DNA of 63,203 bases, the filler included. It is 8 parts of 8 records of this genome, joined end to end, with 100 filler letters (N's around TTAATTAATTAA, not from the genome) between each part and the next. Parts side by side here need not be neighbours in the genome. Positions count along the whole stretch, not along the records: positions 32,723 to 37,160 come from SRR7504441_333; positions 37,261 to 42,676 come from SRR7504441_338; positions 42,777 to 46,760 come from SRR7504441_345; 5 more parts are not named here. One strand, given 5' to 3'. The notes beneath the pieces are model-generated. The model did no database searches and was not told the DNA's origin. It saw nothing but the letters and a program-made list of their open reading frames with translations. Positions 32,953-44,783 of the stretch are shown here, piece by piece; the first letter of the stretch is position 1, and every line of letters starts with the position of its first letter. A program made the translations under genes and the position numbers.

Positions 32953-35900
32953 TCAAGCACAAGAAGCCAGTTGCTGCTGGACAGCTGGATCCAGACTCGT
33001 CAGTGCGTTCTGTAGAACGTCAGCCGGCACAAGCTGTTGCAGGTTGCGGATAGTCGGCTGGACCACGGTGGTCTCGGTGTCGATCGCATCTGCAAGCACC
33101 TTGAGGATCTGCTGCACCGTTGAGCCTGGGTTGGCAAACAGCGGTGCGAACCGAGCCTCGACCATCTTGGCCAGTAGCTCGGTCGACGCCTTGGCCTCCA
33201 TGCGGTCAGCCTTTAGCGGCAGCATCGAGAGCCAGATCGGCACGATAGAGTTGGCATCGAACAGCCCGCTGTGGTAGAAGGCAATCTTGCCCATCGCACT
33301 GACTGCGTTGTCAGTGGTGGCGGCGTTCTCCTCGCTCTTGGCTTCAGGGTGAGCCACGAGTTTGTTCAGCGACTCGAAGGCTTGGTTGGCCGCCGGCGAG
33401 AACTGTGCCGGGGCCACCTCCGCGCAAACTCCGATCCCGTACGCAGCTGACTGGCGCACATCGGCGTCCTTGTCGCCGAGGAAGTTGACCATCGATGGGA
33501 GCACCTGCGCAGCGTACTCGAGCACACGCGGGTCCGGCGCGCCGTGCTCGATCACGTCGTCGAACGCGCAGAGCGCCATCATGTGATCTTGGTCCCGGCG
33601 GGCCGGAGCCATCATCTCGCCCATCAGCGGCTTCATGAACTGATCAAACGGTGCCACCGCAACCCCCTAGCATGAGGCTCAGCCAGCGGGCGGGCGGACA
33701 GAGCACCTTGGAGGATCGGATCACCGCGCCCATCAGCTCGCCGATCTGCTGCTGCAGCTCAAACTCGCACTCGAGGTCCTCCTCGATGTCCTCGTACTCC
33801 TTCTCGTCCGCGTCCTCGTCCTTGAGCGCTGTCTCGATCTCCTCCCGACGGCCGAGCATGTCGTCCGCAGCCGCACGCAGCACTTGCAGGCAAGTGGCCA
33901 CCTCGCGATCGGTCAAGATGTTGTCGCCGCCCACCTGCCGGCTGCTCCGGGCGGCTGCCCCGGGCCGAGTGACCTGGATGGTCTCAGCAAAGTTCTCCAG
34001 CAGCATCGAGAGCGACTCGGTGTCGCTTTCTTGAATCGCCGCCTGGAGCACTTGGGGGAGCATGAACCGGATGGTGCCCTGGGCGAACTCGGCGGTGCTC
34101 TGGCCGTGCGACTGGTGGTGCTTGACCCCGCAGAGCATCAGCTGGGGCAGCGCCTTGATCGCGGCGTGCCGGATATCCTCCATGAAGAAGCACAGCAGAG
34201 GCACCTGGCCCGGCTCGCTGCTCGGCCCGGGGGCGCTCTCACCATGATTTGGAGCGTGTCAGTCAGGTACGGGAAGTAGTGCTGCTCCAGAGTGAGGCAC
34301 ATGTTGGTGATCACTTCGGCCGCGATGATCTTCTCCGCGAGCGCCTCCACGTGGATCGAGACTCTCTTCTCGCCCTGGCCCCGGACACCGATAGTTTGGC
34401 TGCACACAGCTCAGTCACGGCCCGACTGGTTGCTCACCTGAACACGCCCTCCTCCTCTGTGGCCACCTCGTCGGCGTCCACGATTCCCATCTTGGTGTCC
34501 AGCGCCAGCGACCGGAGCAGCACCGGCATCACCTGCGGCAGGTACGGCACAAAGTCGGCCCCGAGAGCTTGGCAGATCCTCGGGATCGCCTTGAGCATGT
34601 ACTCGCACAGCACGTCCCCAGTGAGCGTCGCCCGGTTGGACACAGTGTTCACAATCGCACTCATCAGCTGGCAAGCCTCGACCGCAAACTTTTCCTTGCC
34701 GGCCGCCAGCCCGATCAGCGACATGCACTCGAGCGCCTTGCCCTGCAGCTCGCCCGCGTCCTTCACGCCCTGGTTCTTATCTATGATCGCACGGAGCCCC
34801 GGCATGAACGCCTCGTAGTACTTGAAGAACGCGCCCTTGGAGCAGTTGCTCGCGATCTGGGAGAGCGCAGTCACTGCGTCCTCTTGCACTAGCCGCGAGT
34901 CCAGCTGGAGCAGCGACACGAGGGCCTGGAGCAGCCCGTCCACATAGGGATCAAGCGTCTCCTCGTCCGTCCCACGGCAGAAGTTGACCAGCGCCGCGGC
35001 CGCCTGGGCCTTGATCCGCAGGTGGGGCGAGCTCATCCCGGTCATGATGGCCGGGAGCACGGTGGCATGGTGGGTGCTTTGGAAGTCTGGCGCCAGGTCC
35101 TCGCAGTAGACTCCAACCAGCTGGAGCGCACCATTCACCACCCGCGGATGCGGGTCCGACATGAACGGGAGCACCATCTGGAGCACCCCAGCCAGCTCCT
35201 GCTTGAGCTGCTTGGCGCAAGACTCACCTGCCGCCGCACTCAGTATCAGCATAACACCGGGCGGCTCACCAATCTGCGAGATCGCCATCATAGCGGCGTG
35301 CCGCTGCTTCCAGTCGGCGCTTGCGGTGAGCTGAGGCAGCACCGCGCAGAACGGCGGGAGGAAGGCCTTGCCGCCGATTGCGGACGAGAAGGAGGCGGCT
35401 GCGGCCAGTCCCGAGTAGTAAGGGTCGTCAATGTCCTCATACTCGTCAGCCGCGAGCTGGTTGAGCCAGTCCTCGTTCTCCTCCACCTCGACCAGCAGGT
35501 TGAACATCAGCTCGATCGCCCCCTTGATGAACGCCGGGTCGCGCACCTTGCCCTTGCCGTTCTCGGCCATCGTGACCACACACCCAATCGCCAGCCCTCG
35601 CAGCTTGGAGTCCAACTTGCGCTCGTTGCCGATCTGCATCATCGCGTGTGCGATCGCCGCGAACATGCTCTTGAGGAACTTGCACCGGGCTCCCGCCACG
35701 TCGGCGAGCGCCACAATCGCCTTCTCGGCCACCTCCTCGTTGCCAGAGTTGAGCGCGTCGCCAATCACACTGAGCATCTGAGGGAGAAGCGACTCGAACT
35801 TGGTGGCGATCTGCTCGTTTGAGGCAATCACGTACGCCACGCCGGCCCGCATGGCCGCCGCCCGGACCGAGAGGTCGCTGTCGGAGAGGCCCGAGTGGAC

Positions 35901-36551
35901 GAGCTGGAGCACCTGGTCCGGATGCTGCTGCATCGCCTCCGGGGCGAACTCGGCCAGCTTGCCAAGGATGAACATGGCGATGTCCCGCACTTGGGCCACC
36001 GAGCTGCGCGACCACTCGAGCGTCTTGGGCAGCAGCTCCGGCCATTGGTTGGCCCCGAGGAACAGTCCGGCCATAGCCGCGATCGTGTCGGCGCACTGCC
36101 GTCGGATCGAGGCCTGCGGCTCGTTCTCGACCGCGAGCAGGATCTCGCTCCGGATGTTGGCCTGAGTCTGCGGGCTGGCCCGCTGCAGCGTGGTCAGCTG
36201 GTCCCCGTGCTCGGCCCCGCTGTTGCTCATCTTACGCAGCAAGACCGCGCAGAGCGACCGCGCCTGCCCGGCCCGGCTCGGCCCAAAGAACTCGGGGGGC
36301 GGCACCATAGGGGCTTGGGCTTGCCGGATGTACTGGATGAGCGTCCCGAGGATCGCGTCTGGCTGCTTGCGCATCTCTGCCCGAGGCCGTCGGACCCCAG
36401 CCGACCGGCCGGCTCCCACCGGTGATAGCCGCCTCGGCCTGCCGGCGCACCGCGTTGTCATTCCCCAGGAACGCCGAGAGGATCTGCTCGAAGTCCCTGC
36501 ACGGCCCGTCAGTGCCGGCCCTTGCCCGGTGCTCGGGAGCACTCACCCCAT
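32953..36551 (-). CDS. IPO5: Importin-5 / karyopherin beta-3 (Pse1-like), 8 short introns
   Basis: MGDFEQIL...DNAVRRQAE, WPELL, WKQRHAAMMAISQIGE, DPHPRV, AAAALVNF, GKALECMSLIGLAAGKEKF, F.PYLPQVMP, VRQSAAYGIGV, DNAVSAMGKI, WLSMLPL..D..EA. GT-AG introns of about 38-44 nt restore the frame. Confidence 0.92.
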
Positions 36552-37160
36552 TTTTCTCGGCGCGCTCGATTTTCAAACCCCTGATCCGTTGAGTTTTGAA
36601 CGGCTGCAGCACTGAACTGTGAGCCTGCTACAAGGTGTCCCACCCCGAGCTACTGTAGCAAGAGTGACCGACTTCGGAGCCACGCCCAACCATTAACGTA
36701 CAGGTAACGCTAATCAAGCAGAAGGCGACCGAGAAGAACCCATATTAAATTGGGCGATATTCGAAGGCTACAATAACATTACAGTGATGGAGTCGATGGC
36801 ATGTGCCTGGTCAGCCACTTTGTGACCAATCAGATCCCAGCTCTCCAGGGTAAGAAGCCAGAGATGGTCCAAGTCTTCTCGACCATCCTGGGGCTTTCCG
36901 AGGGGTCGACAGAGACCAGCCACACTTACCAGGTCAACGCCTGGTTGACGAACGAGAAAAGTGAGCTGCTCCCTGCTGATCTGACAAATCTCCCAGTAGC
37001 CTCGGAACCCATCCGCTCAAGAGGTCGATCTCAGAGGATGGAAGCCGCGATTTCAAGCGACTCAAGGGCCCGCTGGATCATTTTTTTTCAGCATCAGCGC
37101 CCCCGAAGGAGTGAGCACCATTGCTTTCAACTCACCAGAGCTCTCTGGTGAATAATACGT

Positions 37161-37260
37161 NNNNNNNNNNNNNNNNNNNNNNNNNNNNNNNNNNNNNNNN
37201 NNNNTTAATTAATTAANNNNNNNNNNNNNNNNNNNNNNNNNNNNNNNNNNNNNNNNNNNN
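37161..37260. other. Artificial contig spacer
   Basis: N44-TTAATTAATTAA-N44. Confidence 0.97.
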
Positions 37261-37335
37261 TCTTGTTGACATTTTAAAAGAGCGTGGATTACTATCTGAG
37301 TCCGATGCTGTTCAACCACTAATAGGTAAGAAATC

Positions 37336-37794
37336 ATGAGTCAAGTTACTGAACAATCCGTACGTTTCCAGACCGCTTTGGCCTCTATTAAGCTCATTCA
37401 GGCTTCTGCCGTTTTGGATTTAACCGAAGATGATTTCGATTTTCTGACGAGTAACAAAGTTTGGATTGCTACTGACCGCTCTCGTGCTCGTCGCTGCGTT
37501 GAGGCTTGCGTTTATGGTACGCTGGACTTTGTAGGATACCCTCGCTTTCCTGCTCCTGTTGAGTTTATTGCTGCCGTCATTGCTTATTATGTTCATCCCG
37601 TCAACATTCAAACGGCCTGTCTCATCATGGAAGGCGCTGAATTTACGGAAAACATTATTAATGGCGTCGAGCGTCCGGTTAAAGCCGCTGAATTGTTCGC
37701 GTTTACCTTGCGTGTACGCGCAGGAAACACTGACGTTCTTACTGACGCAGAAGAAAACGTGCGTCAAAAATTACGTGCAGAAGGAGTGATGTAA
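37336..37794 (+). CDS. D: phiX174 external scaffolding protein D
   Basis: MSQVTEQSVRFQTALASIK..., 152 aa. Confidence 0.99.
   Translation: MSQVTEQSVRFQTALASIKLIQASAVLDLTEDDFDFLTSNKVWIATDRSRARRCVEACVYGTLDFVGYPRFPAPVEFIAAVIAYYVHPVNIQTACLIMEGAEFTENIINGVERPVKAAELFAFTLRVRAGNTDVLTDAEENVRQKLRAEGVM
37514..37789 (+). pseudogene. E: phiX174 lysis gene E with amber mutation (am3; Trp7 to TAG at 37532-37534)
   Basis: ATG GTA CGC TGG ACT TTG TAG; remainder of the frame is intact to TGA at 37789. Confidence 0.95.
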
Positions 37795-37910
37795 TGTCTA
37801 AAGGTAAAAAACGTTCTGGCGCTCGCCCTGGTCGTCCGCAGCCGTTGCGAGGTACTAAAGGCAAGCGTAAAGGCGCTCGTCTTTGGTATGTAGGTGGTCA
37901 ACAATTTTAA
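37794..37910 (+). CDS. J: phiX174 DNA-binding protein J
   Basis: MSKGKKRSGARPGRPQPLRGTKGKRKGARLWYVGGQQF*. Confidence 0.98.
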   Translation: MSKGKKRSGARPGRPQPLRGTKGKRKGARLWYVGGQQF

Positions 37911-37946
37911 TTGCAGGGGCTTCGGCCCCTTACTTGAGGATAAATT

Positions 37947-39230
37947 ATGTCTAATATTCAAACTGGCGCCGAGCGTATGCCGCATGACCTTTCCCATCTT
38001 GGCTTCCTTGCTGGTCAGATTGGTCGTCTTATTACCATTTCAACTACTCCGGTTATCGCTGGCGACTCCTTCGAGATGGACGCCGTTGGCGCTCTCCGTC
38101 TTTCTCCATTGCGTCGTGGCCTTGCTATTGACTCTACTGTAGACATTTTTACTTTTTATGTCCCTCATCGTCACGTTTATGGTGAACAGTGGATTAAGTT
38201 CATGAAGGATGGTGTTAATGCCACTCCTCTCCCGACTGTTAACACTACTGGTTATATTGACCATGCCGCTTTTCTTGGCACGATTAACCCTGATACCAAT
38301 AAAATCCCTAAGCATTTGTTTCAGGGTTATTTGAATATCTATAACAACTATTTTAAAGCGCCGTGGATGCCTGACCGTACCGAGGCTAACCCTAATGAGC
38401 TTAATCAAGATGATGCTCGTTATGGTTTCCGTTGCTGCCATCTCAAAAACATTTGGACTGCTCCGCTTCCTCCTGAGACTGAGCTTTCTCGCCAAATGAC
38501 GACTTCTACCACATCTATTGACATTATGGGTCTGCAAGCTGCTTATGCTAATTTGCATACTGACCAAGAACGTGATTACTTCATGCAGCGTTACCATGAT
38601 GTTATTTCTTCATTTGGAGGTAAAACCTCTTATGACGCTGACAACCGTCCTTTACTTGTCATGCGCTCTAATCTCTGGGCATCTGGCTATGATGTTGATG
38701 GAACTGACCAAACGTCGTTAGGCCAGTTTTCTGGTCGTGTTCAACAGACCTATAAACATTCTGTGCCGCGTTTCTTTGTTCCTGAGCATGGCACTATGTT
38801 TACTCTTGCGCTTGTTCGTTTTCCGCCTACTGCGACTAAAGAGATTCAGTACCTTAACGCTAAAGGTGCTTTGACTTATACCGATATTGCTGGCGACCCT
38901 GTTTTGTATGGCAACTTGCCGCCGCGTGAAATTTCTATGAAGGATGTTTTCCGTTCTGGTGATTCGTCTAAGAAGTTTAAGATTGCTGAGGGTCAGTGGT
39001 ATCGTTATGCGCCTTCGTATGTTTCTCCTGCTTATCACCTTCTTGAAGGCTTCCCATTCATTCAGGAACCGCCTTCTGGTGATTTGCAAGAACGCGTACT
39101 TATTCGCCACCATGATTATGACCAGTGTTTCCAGTCCGTTCAGTTGTTGCAGTGGAATAGTCAGGTTAAATTTAATGTGACCGTTTATCGCAATCTGCCG
39201 ACCACTCGCGATTCAATCATGACTTCGTGA
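37947..39230 (+). CDS. F: phiX174 major capsid protein F
   Basis: MSNIQTGAERMPHDLSHL..., 427 aa. Confidence 0.99.
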   Translation: MSNIQTGAERMPHDLSHLGFLAGQIGRLITISTTPVIAGDSFEMDAVGALRLSPLRRGLAIDSTVDIFTFYVPHRHVYGEQWIKFMKDGVNATPLPTVNTTGYIDHAAFLGTINPDTNKIPKHLFQGYLNIYNNYFKAPWMPDRTEANPNELNQDDARYGFRCCHLKNIWTAPLPPETELSRQMTTSTTSIDIMGLQAAYANLHTDQERDYFMQRYHDVISSFGGKTSYDADNRPLLVMRSNLWASGYDVDGTDQTSLGQFSGRVQQTYKHSVPRFFVPEHGTMFTLALVRFPPTATKEIQYLNAKGALTYTDIAGDPVLYGNLPPREISMKDVFRSGDSSKKFKIAEGQWYRYAPSYVSPAYHLLEGFPFIQEPPSGDLQERVLIRHHDYDQCFQSVQLLQWNSQVKFNVTVYRNLPTTRDSIMTS

Positions 39231-39340
39231 TAAAAGATTGAGTGTGAGGTTATAACGCCGAAGCGGTAAAAATTTTAATTTTTGCCGCTGAGGGGTTGAC
39301 CAAGCGAAGCGCGGTAGGTTTTCTGCTTAGGAGTTTAATC

Positions 39341-39868
39341 ATGTTTCAGACTTTTATTTCTCGCCATAATTCAAACTTTTTTTCTGATAAGCTGGTTCTC
39401 ACTTCTGTTACTCCAGCTTCTTCGGCACCTGTTTTACAGACACCTAAAGCTACATCGTCAACGTTATATTTTGATAGTTTGACGGTTAATGCTGGTAATG
39501 GTGGTTTTCTTCATTGCATTCAGATGGATACATCTGTCAACGCCGCTAATCAGGTTGTTTCTGTTGGTGCTGATATTGCTTTTGATGCCGACCCTAAATT
39601 TTTTGCCTGTTTGGTTCGCTTTGAGTCTTCTTCGGTTCCGACTACCCTCCCGACTGCCTATGATGTTTATCCTTTGGATGGTCGCCATGATGGTGGTTAT
39701 TATACCGTCAAGGACTGTGTGACTATTGACGTCCTTCCCCGTACGCCGGGCAATAATGTTTATGTTGGTTTCATGGTTTGGTCTAACTTTACCGCTACTA
39801 AATGCCGCGGATTGGTTTCGCTGAATCAGGTTATTAAAGAGATTATTTGTCTCCAGCCACTTAAGTGA
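39341..39868 (+). CDS. G: phiX174 major spike protein G
   Basis: [19 protein letters not shown]..., 175 aa, with AGGAG Shine-Dalgarno upstream. Confidence 0.99.
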
Positions 39869-39876
39869 GGTGATTT

Positions 39877-40863
39877 ATGTTTGGTGCTATTGCTGGCGGT
39901 ATTGCTTCTGCTCTTGCTGGTGGCGCCATGTCTAAATTGTTTGGAGGCGGTCAAAAAGCCGCCTCCGGTGGCATTCAAGGTGATGTGCTTGCTACCGATA
40001 ACAATACTGTAGGCATGGGTGATGCTGGTATTAAATCTGCCATTCAAGGCTCTAATGTTCCTAACCCTGATGAGGCCGTCCCTAGTTTTGTTTCTGGTGC
40101 TATGGCTAAAGCTGGTAAAGGACTTCTTGAAGGTACGTTGCAGGCTGGCACTTCTGCCGTTTCTGATAAGTTGCTTGATTTGGTTGGACTTGGTGGCAAG
40201 TCTGCCGCTGATAAAGGAAAGGATACTCGTGATTATCTTGCTGCTGCATTTCCTGAGCTTAATGCTTGGGAGCGTGCTGGTGCTGATGCTTCCTCTGCTG
40301 GTATGGTTGACGCCGGATTTGAGAATCAAAAAGAGCTTACTAAAATGCAACTGGACAATCAGAAAGAGATTGCCGAGATGCAAAATGAGACTCAAAAAGA
40401 GATTGCTGGCATTCAGTCGGCGACTTCACGCCAGAATACGAAAGACCAGGTATATGCACAAAATGAGATGCTTGCTTATCAACAGAAGGAGTCTACTGCT
40501 CGCGTTGCGTCTATTATGGAAAACACCAATCTTTCCAAGCAACAGCAGGTTTCCGAGATTATGCGCCAAATGCTTACTCAAGCTCAAACGGCTGGTCAGT
40601 ATTTTACCAATGACCAAATCAAAGAAATGACTCGCAAGGTTAGTGCTGAGGTTGACTTAGTTCATCAGCAAACGCAGAATCAGCGGTATGGCTCTTCTCA
40701 TATTGGCGCTACTGCAAAGGATATTTCTAATGTCGTCACTGATGCTGCTTCTGGTGTGGTTGATATTTTTCATGGTATTGATAAAGCTGTTGCCGATACT
40801 TGGAACAATTTCTGGAAAGACGGTAAAGCTGATGGTATTGGCTCTAATTTGTCTAGGAAATAA
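39877..40863 (+). CDS. H: phiX174 DNA pilot protein H
   Basis: [16 protein letters not shown]..., 328 aa. Confidence 0.99.
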   Translation: MFGAIAGGIASALAGGAMSKLFGGGQKAASGGIQGDVLATDNNTVGMGDAGIKSAIQGSNVPNPDEAVPSFVSGAMAKAGKGLLEGTLQAGTSAVSDKLLDLVGLGGKSAADKGKDTRDYLAAAFPELNAWERAGADASSAGMVDAGFENQKELTKMQLDNQKEIAEMQNETQKEIAGIQSATSRQNTKDQVYAQNEMLAYQQKESTARVASIMENTNLSKQQQVSEIMRQMLTQAQTAGQYFTNDQIKEMTRKVSAEVDLVHQQTQNQRYGSSHIGATAKDISNVVTDAASGVVDIFHGIDKAVADTWNNFWKDGKADGIGSNLSRK

Positions 40864-40902
40864 CCGTCAGGATTGACACCCTCCCAATTGTATGTTTTCA
40901 TG

Positions 40903-40926
40903 CCTCCAAATCTTGGAGGCTTTTTT
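40903..40926 (+). terminator. phiX174 rho-independent terminator after gene H
   Basis: cctccaa-atc-ttggagg hairpin followed by a T-run. Confidence 0.75.
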
Positions 40927-42468
40927 ATGGTTCGTTCTTATTACCCTTCTGAATGTCACGCTGATTATTTTGACTTTGAGCGTATCGAGGCTCTTAAACC
41001 TGCTATTGAGGCTTGTGGCATTTCTACTCTTTCTCAATCCCCAATGCTTGGCTTCCATAAGCAGATGGATAACCGCATCAAGCTCTTGGAAGAGATTCTG
41101 TCTTTTCGTATGCAGGGCGTTGAGTTCGATAATGGTGATATGTATGTTGACGGCCATAAGGCTGCTTCTGACGTTCGTGATGAGTTTGTATCTGTTACTG
41201 AGAAGTTAATGGATGAATTGGCACAATGCTACAATGTGCTCCCCCAACTTGATATTAATAACACTATAGACCACCGCCCCGAAGGGGACGAAAAATGGTT
41301 TTTAGAGAACGAGAAGACGGTTACGCAGTTTTGCCGCAAGCTGGCTGCTGAACGCCCTCTTAAGGATATTCGCGATGAGTATAATTACCCCAAAAAGAAA
41401 GGTATTAAGGATGAGTGTTCAAGATTGCTGGAGGCCTCCACTATGAAATCGCGTAGAGGCTTTGCTATTCAGCGTTTGATGAATGCAATGCGACAGGCTC
41501 ATGCTGATGGTTGGTTTATCGTTTTTGACACTCTCACGTTGGCTGACGACCGATTAGAGGCGTTTTATGATAATCCCAATGCTTTGCGTGACTATTTTCG
41601 TGATATTGGTCGTATGGTTCTTGCTGCCGAGGGTCGCAAGGCTAATGATTCACACGCCGACTGCTATCAGTATTTTTGTGTGCCTGAGTATGGTACAGCT
41701 AATGGCCGTCTTCATTTCCATGCGGTGCACTTTATGCGGACACTTCCTACAGGTAGCGTTGACCCTAATTTTGGTCGTCGGGTACGCAATCGCCGCCAGT
41801 TAAATAGCTTGCAAAATACGTGGCCTTATGGTTACAGTATGCCCATCGCAGTTCGCTACACGCAGGACGCTTTTTCACGTTCTGGTTGGTTGTGGCCTGT
41901 TGATGCTAAAGGTGAGCCGCTTAAAGCTACCAGTTATATGGCTGTTGGTTTCTATGTGGCTAAATACGTTAACAAAAAGTCAGATATGGACCTTGCTGCT
42001 AAAGGTCTAGGAGCTAAAGAATGGAACAACTCACTAAAAACCAAGCTGTCGCTACTTCCCAAGAAGCTGTTCAGAATCAGAATGAGCCGCAACTTCGGGA
42101 TGAAAATGCTCACAATGACAAATCTGTCCACGGAGTGCTTAATCCAACTTACCAAGCTGGGTTACGACGCGACGCCGTTCAACCAGATATTGAAGCAGAA
42201 CGCAAAAAGAGAGATGAGATTGAGGCTGGGAAAAGTTACTGTAGCCGACGTTTTGGCGGCGCAACCTGTGACGACAAATCTGCTCAAATTTATGCGCGCT
42301 TCGATAAAAATGATTGGCGTATCCAACCTGCAGAGTTTTATCGCTTCCATGACGCAGAAGTTAACACTTTCGGATATTTCTGATGAGTCGAAAAATTATC
42401 TTGATAAAGCAGGAATTACTACTGCTTGTTTACGAATTAAATCGAAGTGGACTGCTGGCGGAAAATGA
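40927..42468 (+). CDS. A: phiX174 replication initiator A (internal A* starts at 41443)
   Basis: [15 protein letters not shown]..., HUH motif LHFHAV and catalytic YVAKY. Confidence 0.99.
   Translation: MVRSYYPSECHADYFDFERIEALKPAIEACGISTLSQSPMLGFHKQMDNRIKLLEEILSFRMQGVEFDNGDMYVDGHKAASDVRDEFVSVTEKLMDELAQCYNVLPQLDINNTIDHRPEGDEKWFLENEKTVTQFCRKLAAERPLKDIRDEYNYPKKKGIKDECSRLLEASTMKSRRGFAIQRLMNAMRQAHADGWFIVFDTLTLADDRLEAFYDNPNALRDYFRDIGRMVLAAEGRKANDSHADCYQYFCVPEYGTANGRLHFHAVHFMRTLPTGSVDPNFGRRVRNRRQLNSLQNTWPYGYSMPIAVRYTQDAFSRSGWLWPVDAKGEPLKATSYMAVGFYVAKYVNKKSDMDLAAKGLGAKEWNNSLKTKLSLLPKKLFRIRMSRNFGMKMLTMTNLSTECLIQLTKLGYDATPFNQILKQNAKREMRLRLGKVTVADVLAAQPVTTNLLKFMRASIKMIGVSNLQSFIASMTQKLTLSDISDESKNYLDKAGITTACLRIKSKWTAGGK
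41245..41274 (+). promoter_or_regulatory. phiX174 viral-strand replication origin (30 bp)
   Basis: CAACTTGATATTAATAACACTATAGACCAC. Confidence 0.95.
42021..42383 (+). CDS. B: phiX174 internal scaffolding protein B
   Basis: [17 protein letters not shown]..., 120 aa, overlapping A. Confidence 0.99.
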   Translation: MEQLTKNQAVATSQEAVQNQNEPQLRDENAHNDKSVHGVLNPTYQAGLRRDAVQPDIEAERKKRDEIEAGKSYCSRRFGGATCDDKSAQIYARFDKNDWRIQPAEFYRFHDAEVNTFGYF

Positions 42469-42553
42469 GAAAATTCGACCTATCCTTGCGCAGCTCGAGA
42501 AGCTCTTACTTTGCGACCTTTCGCCATCAACTAACGATTCTGTCAAAAACTGA
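42383..42553 (+). CDS. K: phiX174 protein K
   Basis: ATG overlaps the B stop (TGATG); [14 protein letters not shown]..., 56 codons to TGA. Confidence 0.93.
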   Translation: MSRKIILIKQELLLLVYELNRSGLLAENEKIRPILAQLEKLLLCDLSPSTNDSVKN

Positions 42554-42676
42554 CGCGTTGGATGAGGAGAAGTGGCTTAATATGCTTGGCACGTTCGTCA
42601 AGGACTGGTTTAGATATGAGTCACATTTTGTTCATGGTAGAGATTCTCTTGTTGACATTTTAAAAGAGCGTGGATT
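42465..42676 (+). CDS. C: phiX174 protein C (continues across the circular junction to 37339)
   Basis: [19 protein letters not shown]... Confidence 0.95.
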
Positions 42677-42776
42677 NNNNNNNNNNNNNNNNNNNNNNNN
42701 NNNNNNNNNNNNNNNNNNNNTTAATTAATTAANNNNNNNNNNNNNNNNNNNNNNNNNNNNNNNNNNNNNNNNNNNN
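42677..42776. other. Artificial contig spacer
   Basis: N44-TTAATTAATTAA-N44. Confidence 0.97.
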
Positions 42777-43289
42777 TTCGCCCTCCACCAGCCCAGCTTG
42801 CTCCTCAGATGGTGCAGCAGGGAAACTGCTGTTGATCGACCGGACGAGTCGCTCAATGGCTGTCCCGAGGTTGGCGCCAAGTGCTGCCGCGAAGAGGAGC
42901 ACCGCAAGCCAGATGTAGAACACGGCAGCCACCTTGCCCAGCTCCGACTGTGGCGTCAGGTCCCCGTAGCCCACGGTGGTGCAAGCCACAACTACAAAGT
43001 ACACCGCGTTCAGCGCACTCCAGTTCTCCTGCATCCCGAAGAACACCGCCCCAGCGGCTAGGTAGCTCAGCCCAACCAGCAGCTGGAGCGCCACCGTGCA
43101 CACCGCCGCCCTCCATTCCTGGTGCGACTGGCGGGCGGCGGTGTCGCACTCGAGGGCGGCGAGTTGCCGCTCCTGCCTAAGCCTAGTGGAGCTGTTGTTG
43201 ATGGCGAGCTCAACCTCGGCTGGGCTATTGGTGATGCTGCCCACGTTCATGTGGAACAGCTGCGTGATGGTGCCGCCGCCCCTGGGCAT
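42777..43289 (-). CDS. Potassium channel (K2P/TPK-like pore domain), 3'-truncated by the contig end
   Basis: TM-pore-TM unit: ENWSALNAVYFVVVACTTVGYGDLTPQSELGK with selectivity filter TTVGYGD. Confidence 0.88.
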
Positions 43290-43390
43290 TTTGCTCACAG
43301 TTTCTCCACCATGTTTCCCAAACTTGGGCGGTGAAAAGTCAGTTAGTCCAGAGGCAAGACCCAAGCTCTACCGGCCGCTCGAGCTAAGCT

Positions 43391-44680
43391 ATGCCAAACT
43401 CCGAGGAGGGCAGCTCACCACGGCGGGCTGCGGCGGAGGAATGCATCGACGAGTGGCACGCCTCACCCACGCGAGTGGCCTGGAATGCGTCCTCGCTGCT
43501 CGAGCGCTCGCCCAAGAGTTCGGCCCGTCGGCACGGCGAGGCTGCCCGTCACAGCACGTATGAGGATTGCGGGATTCACAACTCCCCGCGGAGCCGCCCG
43601 AGGCCGGTCCAGCCGCCCGCGCCGCCCGAGCCCGAGCCGGTGAACGTGGCGGTGGTGGCTCGCCAATTCGGCGGGCCGGAGGTGCTGCGGCTGGAGGAAG
43701 GGCCGGTGCCGGTGCCCTCGAAAGGCCAAGTTTTGGTGAGGATGTACGCCTCCGGTGTCAACCCGTCCGATACGTACGCGCGGCTGGGCCCGGACGGGCC
43801 GTGGGCCTGCCTGCCCCATCTGCATCCGGTGATGCCCTACACTCCGGGGAAGGACGGGGCTGGTGTGGTTGCCCAGCTGGGAGCTGGCGACACCGGCGAG
43901 CTGAAAGTAGGCGACCGAGTGTACACGACCGGGAGCATCACCGGCACCGCGGCCCAGTTTGCCCTTTGCTCGCCGTCGCAGCTCTGGCCGATGCCCGACT
44001 GCACCTCTTTTGTGGAGGGTGCCTGTGTCGGGGTGCCGTGCGCGACTGCGTACCGTGCGCTGTTTCAGCGCTGCATGATCAAACCGGGCGAGTCTGTGCT
44101 CATCCACGGGGCATCGGGCGCAGTTGGCCTGGCTGCTACCCAGATGGCCAAGGCCCATGGGTGTACTGTGATCGGTACTGCAGGCACCCAGCAAGGGGAG
44201 GCTGCGGTGCTAGCCGCTGGGGCCGATGGGTGCGTCAACAGAAACTGCGCCGACTACCTGCAAGAGGCCAAGGCGCAGCTGTGTGCGGTCTTGTCCTCGA
44301 AAAATCCGGGCGCGGCCGGTTTTGATCTTGTGCTCGAGATGATGGCTTCGAGCAACCTTCCAGCTGACCTGACTGTGATGAGCAAACACGCGAGAGTCGG
44401 CATCGTGGGCTCCAAGGACTTGCCCGTCGAGGTCAATCCGAGAGCCACCATGCCGCTGGAGCTGGACATCCGGGGCGTGTTTCTCGGGGCGGCCAGCCGG
44501 TCGGAGCTGGAGGAGATCCACGCTAAGCTATACGAAATGCTCGAGGCCGGCGCGCTGCGGCCTGTAGTCGGGCTGGAGCTGGAGCTCAAGGAGGCTGCGA
44601 CTGCGCACGTCGAGGTGATGAACCCGTCGAGGGGTGGCGCACTTGGTAATATCGTGCTGTTGACTCCCGACGATCCCTAA
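43391..44680 (+). CDS. NADPH:quinone oxidoreductase (zeta-crystallin-like MDR)
   Basis: FGGPEVL, GVNPSDTY, PYTPGKDGAG, VPCATAYRAL, ESVLIHGASGAVGLAATQ. The N-terminal extension and start are uncertain. Confidence 0.9.
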   Translation: MPNSEEGSSPRRAAAEECIDEWHASPTRVAWNASSLLERSPKSSARRHGEAARHSTYEDCGIHNSPRSRPRPVQPPAPPEPEPVNVAVVARQFGGPEVLRLEEGPVPVPSKGQVLVRMYASGVNPSDTYARLGPDGPWACLPHLHPVMPYTPGKDGAGVVAQLGAGDTGELKVGDRVYTTGSITGTAAQFALCSPSQLWPMPDCTSFVEGACVGVPCATAYRALFQRCMIKPGESVLIHGASGAVGLAATQMAKAHGCTVIGTAGTQQGEAAVLAAGADGCVNRNCADYLQEAKAQLCAVLSSKNPGAAGFDLVLEMMASSNLPADLTVMSKHARVGIVGSKDLPVEVNPRATMPLELDIRGVFLGAASRSELEEIHAKLYEMLEAGALRPVVGLELELKEAATAHVEVMNPSRGGALGNIVLLTPDDP

Positions 44681-44783
44681 CGAGCTCAGCTATATCGCGC
44701 TCATTCACCCTATTTAATCAATAAATCATTCGAGGAGCATTTGCACACAAGCAAGATGTGCTTGCTTGAGCCGTATCAAAGTA

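Larger units (their letters stand above)
37261..42676 (+). other. Complete bacteriophage phiX174 genome (laboratory am3 strain / Illumina control), a contaminant contig
   Basis: 5416 nt = 5386-nt circle plus a 30-nt terminal duplication (tcttgttgac...gtggatt at both ends). Canonical gene order D-E-J-F-G-H-A-B-K-C. Gene E has TAG at codon 7. Confidence 0.99.

Noticed and set aside
37261..42676. Endogenous or infecting microvirus in a protist
   Set aside because: It is a separate circular contig between artificial spacers, is recognisably phiX174, and carries the laboratory am3 mutation.
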